A stretch of DNA of 64,000 bases from the NCBI GenBank assembly GCA_902573115.1, contig CACGIM010000002.1:11649-75648 (forward strand), given 5' to 3'. This DNA is from an uncultured Candidatus Poseidoniales archaeon. Its GTDB lineage: Archaea; Thermoplasmatota; Poseidoniia; Poseidoniales; Thalassarchaeaceae. Shown here one piece after another: positions 1 to 9,845 of this stretch (position 1 is the first letter of the stretch; every line of letters begins with the position of its first letter). The translations under genes were made by a program, and so were the position numbers. Under the pieces are notes generated by a model. It searched no databases, was not told the DNA's origin, and worked only from the letters and a program-made list of their open reading frames with translations.

Positions 1-1
1 G

Positions 2-208
2 GCATTTATGTTCACCTTGGTTGGAACACAAGCATTGCTATCATCATTCAACTCATGGACATTCTATGTGTCAATATCGGCGGATCCAGTGGTAGCTATG
101 CAACTAATCGGGATTGTGGTCTTCATCTCCGTCATCCTCACACCTTATGGAATGAGGAGGATCAAGAAGATGGATTTGGTCGAGAAGGTCAAAGACCTAT
201 CACAGTAG
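2..208 (+). CDS. 5'-truncated ORF at the window edge. It encodes the C-terminal hydrophobic segment of a membrane protein.
   Basis: The frame is open from base 2 and the hydrophobic stretch IGIVVFISVILTPYG is present. No recognisable family. Confidence 0.2.
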   Translation, partial: AFMFTLVGTQALLSSFNSWTFYVSISADPVVAMQLIGIVVFISVILTPYGMRRIKKMDLVEKVKDLSQ

Positions 209-211
209 CGC

Positions 212-1000
212 ATGACCGTGAGAGTCGTAACTTGGAATCTGAATGGCATCCGAGCAGCCCATAGAAAGGGCTTGGAGGATTTCATTAAGGAAATTGATGC
301 TGACGTGATGTTGTTTCAAGAGGTTAGAGCATTACCCGAACAAATGCCCAAGGAGTGGTCTGAGCCAGAAGGCTACGAAGTGATTTGGCATCCTGCCCAA
401 AAAAAGGGATATTCGGGGGTAATGTCTTGTTCCAGGATAGGGATGGAGGAAATTAGTAGGGGGATAGACACGGAACTAGATGAAACCAGAGACCCAGAGG
501 GGAGAGTTCTAGTGACAAAACACGGAAATCTATCATGCGTCAATATTTACCTCCCCAACGGTTCTTCAAGAATGGAAAGGCAACAATACAAAGACCAGTG
601 GTTGGAGGATATGCTGGTTTGGAGTTGCCAGTTCTTGGATTCAGACGATCCCGCACTCCTTTGTGGGGACCTAAACATAGCTCATACCGAGGACGATATT
701 TGGGATCCGATTGGAAATAAGAGAACTTCGGGTTTCCTGGAGCATGAAAGGGAGTGGTTTGATCGGATGCTTTCAGCGGGATGGAATGACCTACTCAGGA
801 TACATGTTGGCCAGATGAAGGGCCCCTACTCTTGGTGGTCTAATTTCAGGAGAGCTAGAGAGAGAGATAGGGGATGGAGGATTGACTATATCCTGGCAAA
901 CAAAGCAGCTCTGCCAATGATGAAATCTGCTGAAATTATGAGAGAAGGGGGGCTAGTGGTTTCGGATCATGCCCCGGTAATCGTGGATCTTGAACTCTAA
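212..1000 (+). CDS. xth: Exodeoxyribonuclease III (AP endonuclease, EEP superfamily)
   Basis: N-terminus VVTWNLNGIRAA, QEV/LCGDLN/SDHAPV catalytic-motif pattern, about 260 aa. Confidence 0.85.
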   Translation: MTVRVVTWNLNGIRAAHRKGLEDFIKEIDADVMLFQEVRALPEQMPKEWSEPEGYEVIWHPAQKKGYSGVMSCSRIGMEEISRGIDTELDETRDPEGRVLVTKHGNLSCVNIYLPNGSSRMERQQYKDQWLEDMLVWSCQFLDSDDPALLCGDLNIAHTEDDIWDPIGNKRTSGFLEHEREWFDRMLSAGWNDLLRIHVGQMKGPYSWWSNFRRARERDRGWRIDYILANKAALPMMKSAEIMREGGLVVSDHAPVIVDLEL

Positions 1001-1074
1001 ACTGCCCTTTTCAAAAAAAATTTCAAAAAAAATGGAAACGAGACCTTTCAAGTAAGAACCGCGGAGGGAACCAC

Positions 1075-1869
1075 ATGGCCGATGTTCTTGCGAGCAGGCT
1101 AGAGACCTTACTACCAGGCGGTAAAGGTGTCTGGGTGCCTATGGACCATAGTTCCTCAGCTTTTCCCGAGAGAGGCATGGTCGACCCGGATTCATCGGTG
1201 GACTCGGCAATTGAAGGAGGCGCAGACGCGATAATATTGCACAAAGGTGCAGTGAGCTACCATTCCAAAAGAACAGGCTGGAGCCGATTTGTATGCCATG
1301 CCTCGCTATCGACCGTCCACGGGGGTAATCGTTCGCAAGACAAAATCTTAGTTGCTAATGCCACCGAAAGCATATCAAGAGGAGCTATTGCAATTTCTGC
1401 TCAGGTCAATTTGGGAGATCGCGCAGAACCTGAGATGATTCGTAGGATAGCTTCTATAACATCCGAATCTATTGTTGCTGGGATACCGGTCCTAGGTATG
1501 TTCTACCCCCGAGGTGAGAATCTACACTTGGAAGAGTCCGACATTACTGGTGGCGTGGCTCACGCGGCTAGGCTTGCTTGGGAAATTGGCTGCAATGTGG
1601 TAAAAGTGCCTTGGACGGGCTCAGAAGAATCATTCAGAATAGTCACCTCTTCTGTACCGATTCCCGTTCTTGTTTCCGGGGGGGCCAGAGATAGGGATTT
1701 TGCGGATATTCTCAAAATCGTTGAGCAATCTCTGATCGCGGGAGGGGCTGGCGTATGCATAGGAAGGCATGTTTTCGGTTCGGAAAAACCGGCATCCAGC
1801 ATTAAGGCGCTTCGCGCTATGGTCCATGATGGCGTCACTTCCGATGAAGCTTTGAAATATCTAGGGTGA
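1075..1869 (+). CDS. aroA': 2-amino-3,7-dideoxy-D-threo-hept-6-ulosonate (ADH) synthase, AroA' (DhnA-type class I aldolase family)
   Basis: VPMDHS, AHAARLAWEIGCNVVKV and AGGAGVCIGRHVF match the archaeal ADH synthase pattern. The SD-like GGAGG sits 8 nt upstream. The next gene is DHQ synthase II. Confidence 0.7.
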   Translation: MADVLASRLETLLPGGKGVWVPMDHSSSAFPERGMVDPDSSVDSAIEGGADAIILHKGAVSYHSKRTGWSRFVCHASLSTVHGGNRSQDKILVANATESISRGAIAISAQVNLGDRAEPEMIRRIASITSESIVAGIPVLGMFYPRGENLHLEESDITGGVAHAARLAWEIGCNVVKVPWTGSEESFRIVTSSVPIPVLVSGGARDRDFADILKIVEQSLIAGGAGVCIGRHVFGSEKPASSIKALRAMVHDGVTSDEALKYLG

Positions 1870-1873
1870 TAAA

Positions 1874-2809
1874 ATGCAAGTTTGGCTGGATAGCACCCAA
1901 CAAGGGGACTCGGAGTCCGAGAAAATAAGTAGGCGATGGTATGGAAGTTCTAGCGACGTTTCTGAGATACTTATCGATGACAGGGCCACTCAGGCCGAAG
2001 CTATGTCGATGATTGGGCTAGTCCCATGGATACTGATAAGGTGTCCAGACTGGTCTATGGTTCCATTGGAGAATTTAGTAGCTTCTTCTAGAGGTACTGG
2101 TACTCGGATTGCTATAGCAATCACCCAGGAAATTGATCTCAATGGCGTTTCCTATGCTCTTGGAATTGGGGCTGATGCGGTTCTAGTTCCGAGTGGGTTA
2201 ATATCCGAGGCAGAAAAAGTCGCGGCGGAGAGATTAGATCTTCAGCAAGAAGCTAAAGTTGCAGAGGTTTCTTTCATCGATGCAGAGGTATCTGGAATAG
2301 AAACCTGTGGCATGGGGGAGAGAGTATGCGTCGACCTCACTAGGAGATTGAATATCGGCCAAGGGATGGCTATAGGCTCTACTTCCAGCATGCTTTGCCT
2401 AATTCACGGCGAAACAGTGGAGTCCGAGTACGTCCCAACTAGGCCTTTCAGAGTCAACGCCGGTTCTGTCCATTCCTACATACTAATGTCCGATGGAAGC
2501 ACGAAGTATCTGAGTGAATTGAATTCAGGAGATGAAGTAGCTGTGGTCTCTGAAGATGGAATTTGTGATATTGCAAGAATTGGAAGATTGAAGATCGAAA
2601 ACAGACCGATGGTTTTGTTGAGATACTCCAATGCTGATTTGGAAGGCCAGATCGTGCTTCAACAGGCGGAGACCGTTAGACTGGTATCGCCGGAAGGAAA
2701 ATTGGTTTCAATCACAGAGATTCGAGCAGGGGACAGGATAGCAGTGATTTCCGATACTAGGTTTAGACACACTGGAATAGCGGTTGAAGGGAAGGTGATC
2801 GAGAAGTGA
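1874..2809 (+). CDS. aroB': 3-dehydroquinate synthase II (archaeal AroB')
   Basis: GERVCVD, HGETVESEYVPTRPFRVNAGSVHSYIL and RIGRLKIENRP are closely similar to the archaeal DHQS-II family. Sits 5 nt after aroA'. Confidence 0.75.
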   Translation: MQVWLDSTQQGDSESEKISRRWYGSSSDVSEILIDDRATQAEAMSMIGLVPWILIRCPDWSMVPLENLVASSRGTGTRIAIAITQEIDLNGVSYALGIGADAVLVPSGLISEAEKVAAERLDLQQEAKVAEVSFIDAEVSGIETCGMGERVCVDLTRRLNIGQGMAIGSTSSMLCLIHGETVESEYVPTRPFRVNAGSVHSYILMSDGSTKYLSELNSGDEVAVVSEDGICDIARIGRLKIENRPMVLLRYSNADLEGQIVLQQAETVRLVSPEGKLVSITEIRAGDRIAVISDTRFRHTGIAVEGKVIEK

Positions 2810-3672
2810 AGGTGCTTGGAAAGGGAAAAGCGAATGGAGCCATCTCAATCCTTCACTCTCTTGGCCTTGGTAAGGGCTGCTCCATCGGAATTGGGCTTTC
2901 GACAGAAGTAACCTTAGTTGACGAAAAGACGACAATATCTAACGATCGTCATGGTTTACTGGGTGCAGTTGAAACATGCTGGAGATCGGAAGGGTTGCCA
3001 TTTCCTGAGGAATTTGGTTGGGTCATAAGTAGTGATTTGCCAATTGGACAAGGGCTGAAGTCTAGTTCGGCTTTAGCTAATGCGGCTTTTCGGGCACTAA
3101 ACGCTGGATCGTGGACAGGCCTATCTGATCCGGATATTGCCGATCTATCTGTTGCAGCCCAAAGAATTGCAAAATGCACTGTCACGGGTAGCATGGACGA
3201 TACTTGGGCTTCATTACAAGGGGGTTGGAAATTAGTCGATCCGACACTTAGTTCCTCTGATTCAATAATTTTGGAAGGAGAGATCGAAGAAGATTATTGT
3301 GTAATTATCATACTAAGGGGGAGAAGGAAGGCAATTATTGCAGAAGATTCTTTTCGCCTCCAAGGACCGATTTTCGAAAGGTCATTGGCCTCAGTAATGT
3401 CAGGATCTCCGATAGACTCTCTTTCCTCAAATGGGATGGCAGTCGCAGCAGCAACCAATGATCATTTGGCCCTCAGAATCAGTAATTCGCTGATAGCATC
3501 CGGAGCAGTTGCTTCAGGGATAACCGGTTCTGGCCCATCCATCTCTGTACTTTGCTATAAAGAATGTAAAAACATGCTAAGAGACAAAATTCATGAGATG
3601 GATCTGGAGACAATATCCACTAGACTATCTCGATCTAGCGTTTTAGAGGAGGAGGCGACAGGTTGGGAATGA
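2806..3672 (+). CDS. aroK: Archaeal-type shikimate kinase (GHMP kinase family)
   Basis: GHMP motif LPIGQGLKSSSALANAA. The N-terminal pattern is that of archaeal shikimate kinases. 4-nt overlap with aroB'. Confidence 0.65.
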   Translation: MKVLGKGKANGAISILHSLGLGKGCSIGIGLSTEVTLVDEKTTISNDRHGLLGAVETCWRSEGLPFPEEFGWVISSDLPIGQGLKSSSALANAAFRALNAGSWTGLSDPDIADLSVAAQRIAKCTVTGSMDDTWASLQGGWKLVDPTLSSSDSIILEGEIEEDYCVIIILRGRRKAIIAEDSFRLQGPIFERSLASVMSGSPIDSLSSNGMAVAAATNDHLALRISNSLIASGAVASGITGSGPSISVLCYKECKNMLRDKIHEMDLETISTRLSRSSVLEEEATGWE

Positions 3673-4763
3673 GATTAGGAGATGATTTGAGAGTCACTCT
3701 ATTTGGAGAGAGTCATGGGACGTGTGTTGGAGCTCTAGTGGAAGGGATACCCCCGGGAACGAAAATTGATCTTGAGGCACTATCAGAGGATTTGAATCTG
3801 AGGAAGCCCGGAAGGAAGGGCGTTTCGCCAAGATCAGAGTCTGATGATTGTGAAATACTCTCCGGAGTATACCAGGGAAAAGCTACGGGGTGGCCAATCG
3901 TTTTGATTGCTCGAAATTCAAATGCACGATCTTCTGATTACAGATTCCTACCAGACCATCCTCGGCCGGGTCACGCGGACATGGTTGAGTCGATATGGTC
4001 AGAAGGTTCCTTTGATCCAAGAGGGGGTGGTTCACAGTCAGCCAGGCTTACACTAGGACTAGTAGCGGCAGGAAGTCAAGTTAGAGCTATCTTGAATAAA
4101 TCAGGCTGGTCTTGTTGCGCACATCTCAGTCGCGTTGGAGAAATTTCGGCGAAGCCACTCATGCAACTAGACAGAGTCAAATCTCTCGAAGAGGGATCGG
4201 TGATGGCCAAATTAAATTGCAGAGATCCAGAGGCAGCTATTCAAATGTTAGATTTCATAGACCAAACCAGGAAGGAGGGAGATTCGTTAGGCTCTGTTGT
4301 GGAGCTGATAATTGAAGGGGTCCCGATCGGAGTGGGAGACCCTTGGTTCGATGGAATAGAGCCTTCTCTCTCTCGAGGCCTTATGGCGATACCCGGAGCC
4401 AGGGCAATTGAGTTCTCCGACGGAGTCAGGTCTTCTGAGATGAGAGGCTCAGAGAGTAACGACATGTGGTTACCTGGAGAAGAGTCTCCAATACTAGAGG
4501 GAGCTGAAACTGGAGAGGCGGATGGTGCTCTTGGAGGGAGGTCGACTGGAGCTCCAATCAGGGTACTTGTCCATTTCAAGCCACCAAGTAGCTTCCCGAG
4601 GGAGCAATTCACACTCCACCTACCAAGCAACGAAAGGAAGGAACTCAGGGTAGGTGGGCGTCATGACCCAGTAATTGGACCGAGGGGAGCTCCGGTAGTT
4701 GAAGCAGTGGCAATGCTAGTCATCTGTGACCTAGGCATTACTGGGGGCCATCTGGAAAGCTAA
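3663..4763 (+). CDS. aroC: Chorismate synthase
   Basis: N-terminal LFGESHG motif, RPGHADM, about 365 aa. Overlaps the aroK end. Confidence 0.85.
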   Translation: MGMRLGDDLRVTLFGESHGTCVGALVEGIPPGTKIDLEALSEDLNLRKPGRKGVSPRSESDDCEILSGVYQGKATGWPIVLIARNSNARSSDYRFLPDHPRPGHADMVESIWSEGSFDPRGGGSQSARLTLGLVAAGSQVRAILNKSGWSCCAHLSRVGEISAKPLMQLDRVKSLEEGSVMAKLNCRDPEAAIQMLDFIDQTRKEGDSLGSVVELIIEGVPIGVGDPWFDGIEPSLSRGLMAIPGARAIEFSDGVRSSEMRGSESNDMWLPGEESPILEGAETGEADGALGGRSTGAPIRVLVHFKPPSSFPREQFTLHLPSNERKELRVGGRHDPVIGPRGAPVVEAVAMLVICDLGITGGHLES

Positions 4764-5692
4764 TTCCTACTCTCCAAGTACTGTTGTATTCTAAGCGGCA
4801 CGTTGACCGCAAACATAGATGCTATTACGATGAAAACGAGTATGGTGCCAAGCGCTACCCCATAGACGCTGGTCAGCTCAACACTCTCCTCCAACCTATT
4901 TGCTGCAACGGGATCTAGAATTCCTACGAACAAAGGAACTATTACATTGATGAAGAGTGTAATCATAGCAACTACCGCTGCAACTGCAGGGGTATATCCC
5001 AGTGCCTTCCTATACTTGCTAGATATACTGTTGACGTTCATTACGTATACCTCACCTGTTCTTATTGACGTATCGAGCATCGAGAACCTAATCACTCCGC
5101 TGGAAATTTCCATGTAAACTACTAAGGAGACAGCATATAGGATGAGTAGAAGCTTCTGTAAGGCCTCACTCTCAGGCAAGAAGCTAAGCCCGAACTCAAC
5201 CTTACTGCCAGCGAACCTGATTGTGACAATTATCAAAGAGATGTAGGATACCAATATAGCTCTCTGATCTCTCTGATATATGCCGTAAAATCCCCCAACG
5301 AGACCTATTATAATTAGAAGTAAGTGAATTCCTACTCCCAAGACCCCGATGCCAATGACGTTGGACAATGTGAACCAAGCTGTACCGGAAACCGGCGTTA
5401 GCATGAATGTCAGGAAGCACAGTATCAGGAGTGATGCTGATGCCCACATCTGAAGCGTTAGGACCATCTTGTTTGGCGAAACGAACTCTCTGTTTACCAA
5501 CAGTGGGCCTCCGAAAATTGTCTCTACCCATGAGGGGATCGTCACTTCGGGTACTGCGTCTTCTGGAATTCCAGTATCGTTCTTTATGGTTCCAGCAGCC
5601 TTCTTTCTGCTGGGAGCGGAAGATCTGACTACCTTTCCGTCATAGAGGTGCGAGGTATCTATCGACCCCTTCTGCCCTTCCTTCTCAACCAT
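4760..5692 (-). CDS. Polytopic membrane protein of about 7 TM, the last gene of the MoxR/DUF58 operon (possibly DUF95/SpoIIM-like)
   Basis: Multiple hydrophobic helices. The gap to the upstream DUF58 gene is 10 nt. Confidence 0.4.
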   Translation of the reverse strand: MVEKEGQKGSIDTSHLYDGKVVRSSAPSRKKAAGTIKNDTGIPEDAVPEVTIPSWVETIFGGPLLVNREFVSPNKMVLTLQMWASASLLILCFLTFMLTPVSGTAWFTLSNVIGIGVLGVGIHLLLIIIGLVGGFYGIYQRDQRAILVSYISLIIVTIRFAGSKVEFGLSFLPESEALQKLLLILYAVSLVVYMEISSGVIRFSMLDTSIRTGEVYVMNVNSISSKYRKALGYTPAVAAVVAMITLFINVIVPLFVGILDPVAANRLEESVELTSVYGVALGTILVFIVIASMFAVNVPLRIQQYLESRN

Positions 5693-5701
5693 ATCTTCAC
5701 C

Positions 5702-7021
5702 TCAGAATCCTCTTGCGCCTGCTAGCGCTGTAAATAGAAGCATGTCGGGTTCCCAATCCATTACATATGCTCCAAGCCCTCTTAATTCTGTCATCAAGAT
5801 GTCTCTTTCCGTCTTTAAGACCTCGTAGCCGGTTCTGTCTATCCTCCTCGCATCAAACTCGAACTCTAAGCTACTTGGAGAAAGTACCGTCACCTCAAAG
5901 CTTCTAGCTCTAAGATCCCTTACTGCGTCTACGATTGTGGGGTCATCCTCCAGAGGCGAGAGAATGATGATTGGACTGCCCCTGTGGATGTGTGGCATTA
6001 TTCTATTTGTTACGATCTTCAGCGGAGTGTTCCCTTTTGCCATTGCACCGGCAAGCTTCGTCAAGATGATGTATAGCTGCTTTTTTCCAGTGTCTCTGTC
6101 GACAGATACTATCTCGTCTCCGTAAACTACCACTCCTACCGAGTCTCTTCTGGACAAGAAATATTGAGTGAGACTGGCTGCTGCTCTAGTGCTATATACC
6201 AACGAATTCCTACTAACGGGTCCTGTCTCACTCACCGCTCTGCTATCTACAATAATGATGACATCGCTGACAGCATCCCTTTCGAACTCATTCACCATCA
6301 TTTTCCCATCTTGCCTTGCAGTTGCCTGCCAGTTTATTTTCCTCATTGGATCCCCTGGGAGATACTCCCTCAGATTGTAGAAGTTTGATCCCTCACCTGG
6401 ATTTCTGATATTGACTGCGCCTGTGAATATCTTTGGAACTCTACTCTTTATCATAGCGTCCTTGATATCTTCCATCTTTGGAAACACAAGGAAATCATCA
6501 TACAATTGGATTTCTTTTTCATTATGGAAAAGTCCTAGCTCATCTTGTACCCTGATGCACACTGGACCAATCGAATAAAACCCCCTCAAAGGAGTCTCAA
6601 TTGTGTAAGATATCATCGTCTCCCTCTTCGGGCCTATTTCCATCAGAACGTAGTTTGCCCCTTTCTTTATTCTCATTACTTCGGGAACTCGATCTCTGAG
6701 TTCCAATACCTTAGCGGTGTTCGAGTTGTTCTGAATTCTGAGCGTTACTTCGATCTCGCCATCCTCGAAAACTCTAGAGGAAGACGTTTTTCTCATTGCT
6801 ACAATACTCTGGAGCTGAACGCCCTCGTCGAAGGCTGCATCCTCCGAACGCCTACCTGTGGAAGCCACATCACCGTGTGCAGTTCTCAGAGCGGCCCAAG
6901 TAAGGAATGATAGAAGGACTACCGCAACTGTGACTAGTTGTTGGTTTCTCAGAACTAGTCCTAGTAAGTACATCGCTACCGATAGGGAGGCGAACATGGC
7001 TGATTTTCGGCTCCAGGCCAC
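5702..7021 (-). CDS. DUF58-family protein (vWA-like, MoxR-associated)
   Basis: N-terminal TM pair, central IIIVDSRAVSETG vWA/DUF58 core. 20 nt downstream of MoxR. GTG start with an in-frame ATG 8 codons in. Confidence 0.7.
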   Translation of the reverse strand: MAWSRKSAMFASLSVAMYLLGLVLRNQQLVTVAVVLLSFLTWAALRTAHGDVASTGRRSEDAAFDEGVQLQSIVAMRKTSSSRVFEDGEIEVTLRIQNNSNTAKVLELRDRVPEVMRIKKGANYVLMEIGPKRETMISYTIETPLRGFYSIGPVCIRVQDELGLFHNEKEIQLYDDFLVFPKMEDIKDAMIKSRVPKIFTGAVNIRNPGEGSNFYNLREYLPGDPMRKINWQATARQDGKMMVNEFERDAVSDVIIIVDSRAVSETGPVSRNSLVYSTRAAASLTQYFLSRRDSVGVVVYGDEIVSVDRDTGKKQLYIILTKLAGAMAKGNTPLKIVTNRIMPHIHRGSPIIILSPLEDDPTIVDAVRDLRARSFEVTVLSPSSLEFEFDARRIDRTGYEVLKTERDILMTELRGLGAYVMDWEPDMLLFTALAGARGF

Positions 7022-7040
7022 TCTCCCACCTCAGCATCAC

Positions 7041-8126
7041 TCAGACGGTAGGAACGTTTGCCGCATTCTTCCCATGGAGGATATCTCGAATTATCTCTCC
7101 GCTTTCAAGACCCTTAATCTGATGCTCGGGTTTTAGAATTATTCTGTGGGCTACGGCCAACTCTGCAATTGACTTTACATCATCCGGAGTAACGAAATCC
7201 CTCCCCCTCATCGCTGCGACGGCTCTACTTGTCTTCAGAAGTGCCTGTGACCCTCTGGGCGATGATCCAACCAGAACTCTGGGATCTTCCCTAGTTCTCG
7301 CAACGATATCGACCATGTATTCCCTTACTGATCTATCCACGTAAACTTCCTCGCATGAATTCTGCATCTTAACCACGATTGCAGGGTCGGTGATGCTGTT
7401 GACGTCCACGTCGTCTTTCTTTCTCTCAATTCTTCTCTGTAGGATTTCATTCTCGTCTGCTCTGTCAGGATATCCGACCATCATCTTCATCATGAATCTG
7501 TCAAGTTGTGCTTCCGGGAGAGGGTAGGTTCCTTCCTGCTCCACAGGATTTTGAGTAGCCATAGTCAGGAAAGGAGCGGGTAGCTTGTGAGTCACTACAC
7601 CTATGGTGACTTGCTTCTCCTGCATGGCCTCAAGAAGGGCCGCTTGGGTCTTGGGAGGAGCTCTGTTGATCTCGTCAGAAAGAAGCAGGTTACAGAATAT
7701 CGGACCTGGCTTGAATGTGAATTCTCCCTTCTTGGCATCATAGATATTTGTCCCGGTTATATCTGCTGGAAGAAGGTCAGGAGTGAATTGGACTCGCTTG
7801 AAGTCACATCCGAGTGCATCTGCAAAGGTATTGGTCATCAGTGTCTTTGCAAGTCCGGGAAAGTCCTCGAATAGTAAGTTTCCATTTGATAGAATGTTGA
7901 CCATCACGTTGTCTATCACATGTGACTTTCCAATGATGACTTTCTGAACTTCTGTGCTTATCGCTTGGCCCATAGCACCTGTCGCCGAGAGTACCTCGTC
8001 GATCTTACTAGACCCACGAGCTTCCTGGGCCTTTTTTGCCAATTCTGCATTATGTCCTCCCTGGTTGGCTGTTCTCATCCCTTCTGCTTGTTGTGTTTCG
8101 CTCATTTTCATCTCTCCATTTTTCAA
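7041..8126 (-). CDS. MoxR-family AAA+ ATPase
   Basis: Walker A-like GLAKT, AAA_3 pattern (HVIDNVMV...LFEDFPGLAKTLM) and the conserved C-terminal MoxR region. Confidence 0.85.
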   Translation of the reverse strand: MKNGEMKMSETQQAEGMRTANQGGHNAELAKKAQEARGSSKIDEVLSATGAMGQAISTEVQKVIIGKSHVIDNVMVNILSNGNLLFEDFPGLAKTLMTNTFADALGCDFKRVQFTPDLLPADITGTNIYDAKKGEFTFKPGPIFCNLLLSDEINRAPPKTQAALLEAMQEKQVTIGVVTHKLPAPFLTMATQNPVEQEGTYPLPEAQLDRFMMKMMVGYPDRADENEILQRRIERKKDDVDVNSITDPAIVVKMQNSCEEVYVDRSVREYMVDIVARTREDPRVLVGSSPRGSQALLKTSRAVAAMRGRDFVTPDDVKSIAELAVAHRIILKPEHQIKGLESGEIIRDILHGKNAANVPTV

Positions 8127-9787
8127 TTATTTTTTCCCCATCGCCGAATGGCCTGCATCAACTTGCGCAACTCTTGGGGCGTGTACGTCCGGCTTTGGCT
8201 ATAAGCCAATTCCACGAGACGTGGGTCGCCAATCATCGCTTGAACCTCGGGTGGTGGCGTCTGAGCCATTTCATCCCTCGTTAGGTCGTGATGTATCCTT
8301 ACTTTACTCAGTAATGCCGTTCGGACACGATTTCTGTATGAAGTGGGGTCTAATTTTTCTGGCCTCTGGTTGAACTTTGTTAAATCGAATACGTGTCTCC
8401 AGTTTTCCTTTTCAGGAGCCACCATCATGGCGACTAGAAGCAAAAGGCCCACGTTCAGAACCACTAGCCATTTCAGAAACTCGTTGGAAGTGAGTAGAAC
8501 CACAGTCCCCATAGTCTCAACAAACGGAGCCGAGACAACTCCCGTGACGTGGCGACTCTCGTCAAAGACTATCTGGAAGTTTCCTCTGTCTGACTTTATC
8601 GGAGCAGAAAGGTTTGCATTGTTGAACTCCATCATATCGTAAACTAGGATCTTGAAGAATCTCTCATTTCCCCCCCAGTCGTTGTTATTGAGGATTTCTT
8701 GAGTCCAGCAGTTGTTCTGCGTATATCCGCCAATGGCAGAACAATCCCTACTAAGCCCTCTATCTTCGGCGTCATCTAGTTCCCATAGTAAGTTCGAGAG
8801 CGCTTCGTCATCAGCAACAAAAACAATGCTTCCTGTTACTTCCAATTCCCCTACTCCTGAAGAAAAGGCACCCCTGTCAGTATTCGGAAGTTCGTCAAAC
8901 ACCTTGATTCCAGGGTAATCAAACCTCATCATTAGTTTTAGATCACCTGGTGCAGGATTCTCTGGATTTGTTGGGTCTCCATCTCCTTTTATGTCGATGA
9001 ATGCGGAGGGGGAGGCTTTCCCTAGAGTCATAATTTTCCTGCTGTTTGGATTATCAATATCCTCCAGTAAGGGCTCGAACTTCAGACCTGTGGGCGATTT
9101 GAACATCACTGGCATTCTGCAATCCCTCAGTCCATCAGGGTTCTGTATCTGGAAGGGTGTGCATCCTTGCATCGAAGCCCCGGCAGACATTTGTTCAACA
9201 TCTTGGCCGACGGATGTAGCGCTCCAAACATTGCCCCAATCGATGACTGGATTTGTTGTACCGGGTTCGATATATATCCAGTGCTGCTTCTCATCCCTAA
9301 GTGGGTCGTCGAAATATGTGACCCCAAACATTCCTGCCAAAATGTTTGCATTAGTGTTGTCTGCCGCAACTATGACCTTACCACCCTTCTCAGTGACGAA
9401 TTTGTATATCTCAGCTGCCTCGGTCTCATCAATCGGCTTCTCAGGAGCCACTACTGCAAGAAGGGTCCTGTGGGGGTCCTTCCAGTCGTTAACCAGCATT
9501 GGCGTTGACATTGTGTTAGCTACGTAATAACCCTCCTCCTCCTCAAAGGAGTCCCTCATGTCAGAGACCTGCCCATCGCCTTCAACTTCGTATGCAGAGT
9601 AGGCGGTCTCCTTGTTCGCAACGAAGAACATAGGCAAAACTAGTAGAAGAACTCCCGTGATTACCAATGAATAGGTTATGTTTCTATTGAACCTGTCATC
9701 GCTACTCAATTCCTCAGGCACCCAAAGCAACTCCCAATTCCAATTGGGCCTACGGCCCAAGCAACGCCCGGTCGACAAACATAACAC
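8123..9787 (-). CDS. DUF4350-like membrane-anchored protein (N- and C-terminal TM, large extracytoplasmic domain), the first gene of the MoxR operon
   Basis: TM helices near both ends. 4-nt ATGA overlap with moxR. The usual DUF4350–MoxR–DUF58 gene order. Confidence 0.4.
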   Translation of the reverse strand: MLCLSTGRCLGRRPNWNWELLWVPEELSSDDRFNRNITYSLVITGVLLLVLPMFFVANKETAYSAYEVEGDGQVSDMRDSFEEEEGYYVANTMSTPMLVNDWKDPHRTLLAVVAPEKPIDETEAAEIYKFVTEKGGKVIVAADNTNANILAGMFGVTYFDDPLRDEKQHWIYIEPGTTNPVIDWGNVWSATSVGQDVEQMSAGASMQGCTPFQIQNPDGLRDCRMPVMFKSPTGLKFEPLLEDIDNPNSRKIMTLGKASPSAFIDIKGDGDPTNPENPAPGDLKLMMRFDYPGIKVFDELPNTDRGAFSSGVGELEVTGSIVFVADDEALSNLLWELDDAEDRGLSRDCSAIGGYTQNNCWTQEILNNNDWGGNERFFKILVYDMMEFNNANLSAPIKSDRGNFQIVFDESRHVTGVVSAPFVETMGTVVLLTSNEFLKWLVVLNVGLLLLVAMMVAPEKENWRHVFDLTKFNQRPEKLDPTSYRNRVRTALLSKVRIHHDLTRDEMAQTPPPEVQAMIGDPRLVELAYSQSRTYTPQELRKLMQAIRRWGKNN

Positions 9788-9845
9788 GGTTATATGTTCC
9801 TGAGATTAGTTTGAGTTGGGACTAGCGAATTGTTTGTACTCGAGC

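Noticed and set aside
1023-1838. Several 60-130-aa ORFs lying antisense or out of frame inside well-supported genes, for example 1023-1244, 1560-1838, 4241-4630, 5202-5531, 35132-35812, 36281-37075 and others like them
   Set aside because: They are embedded in genes with strong family signatures on the other strand or frame. Their composition is typical of shadow ORFs in a roughly 48% GC genome.
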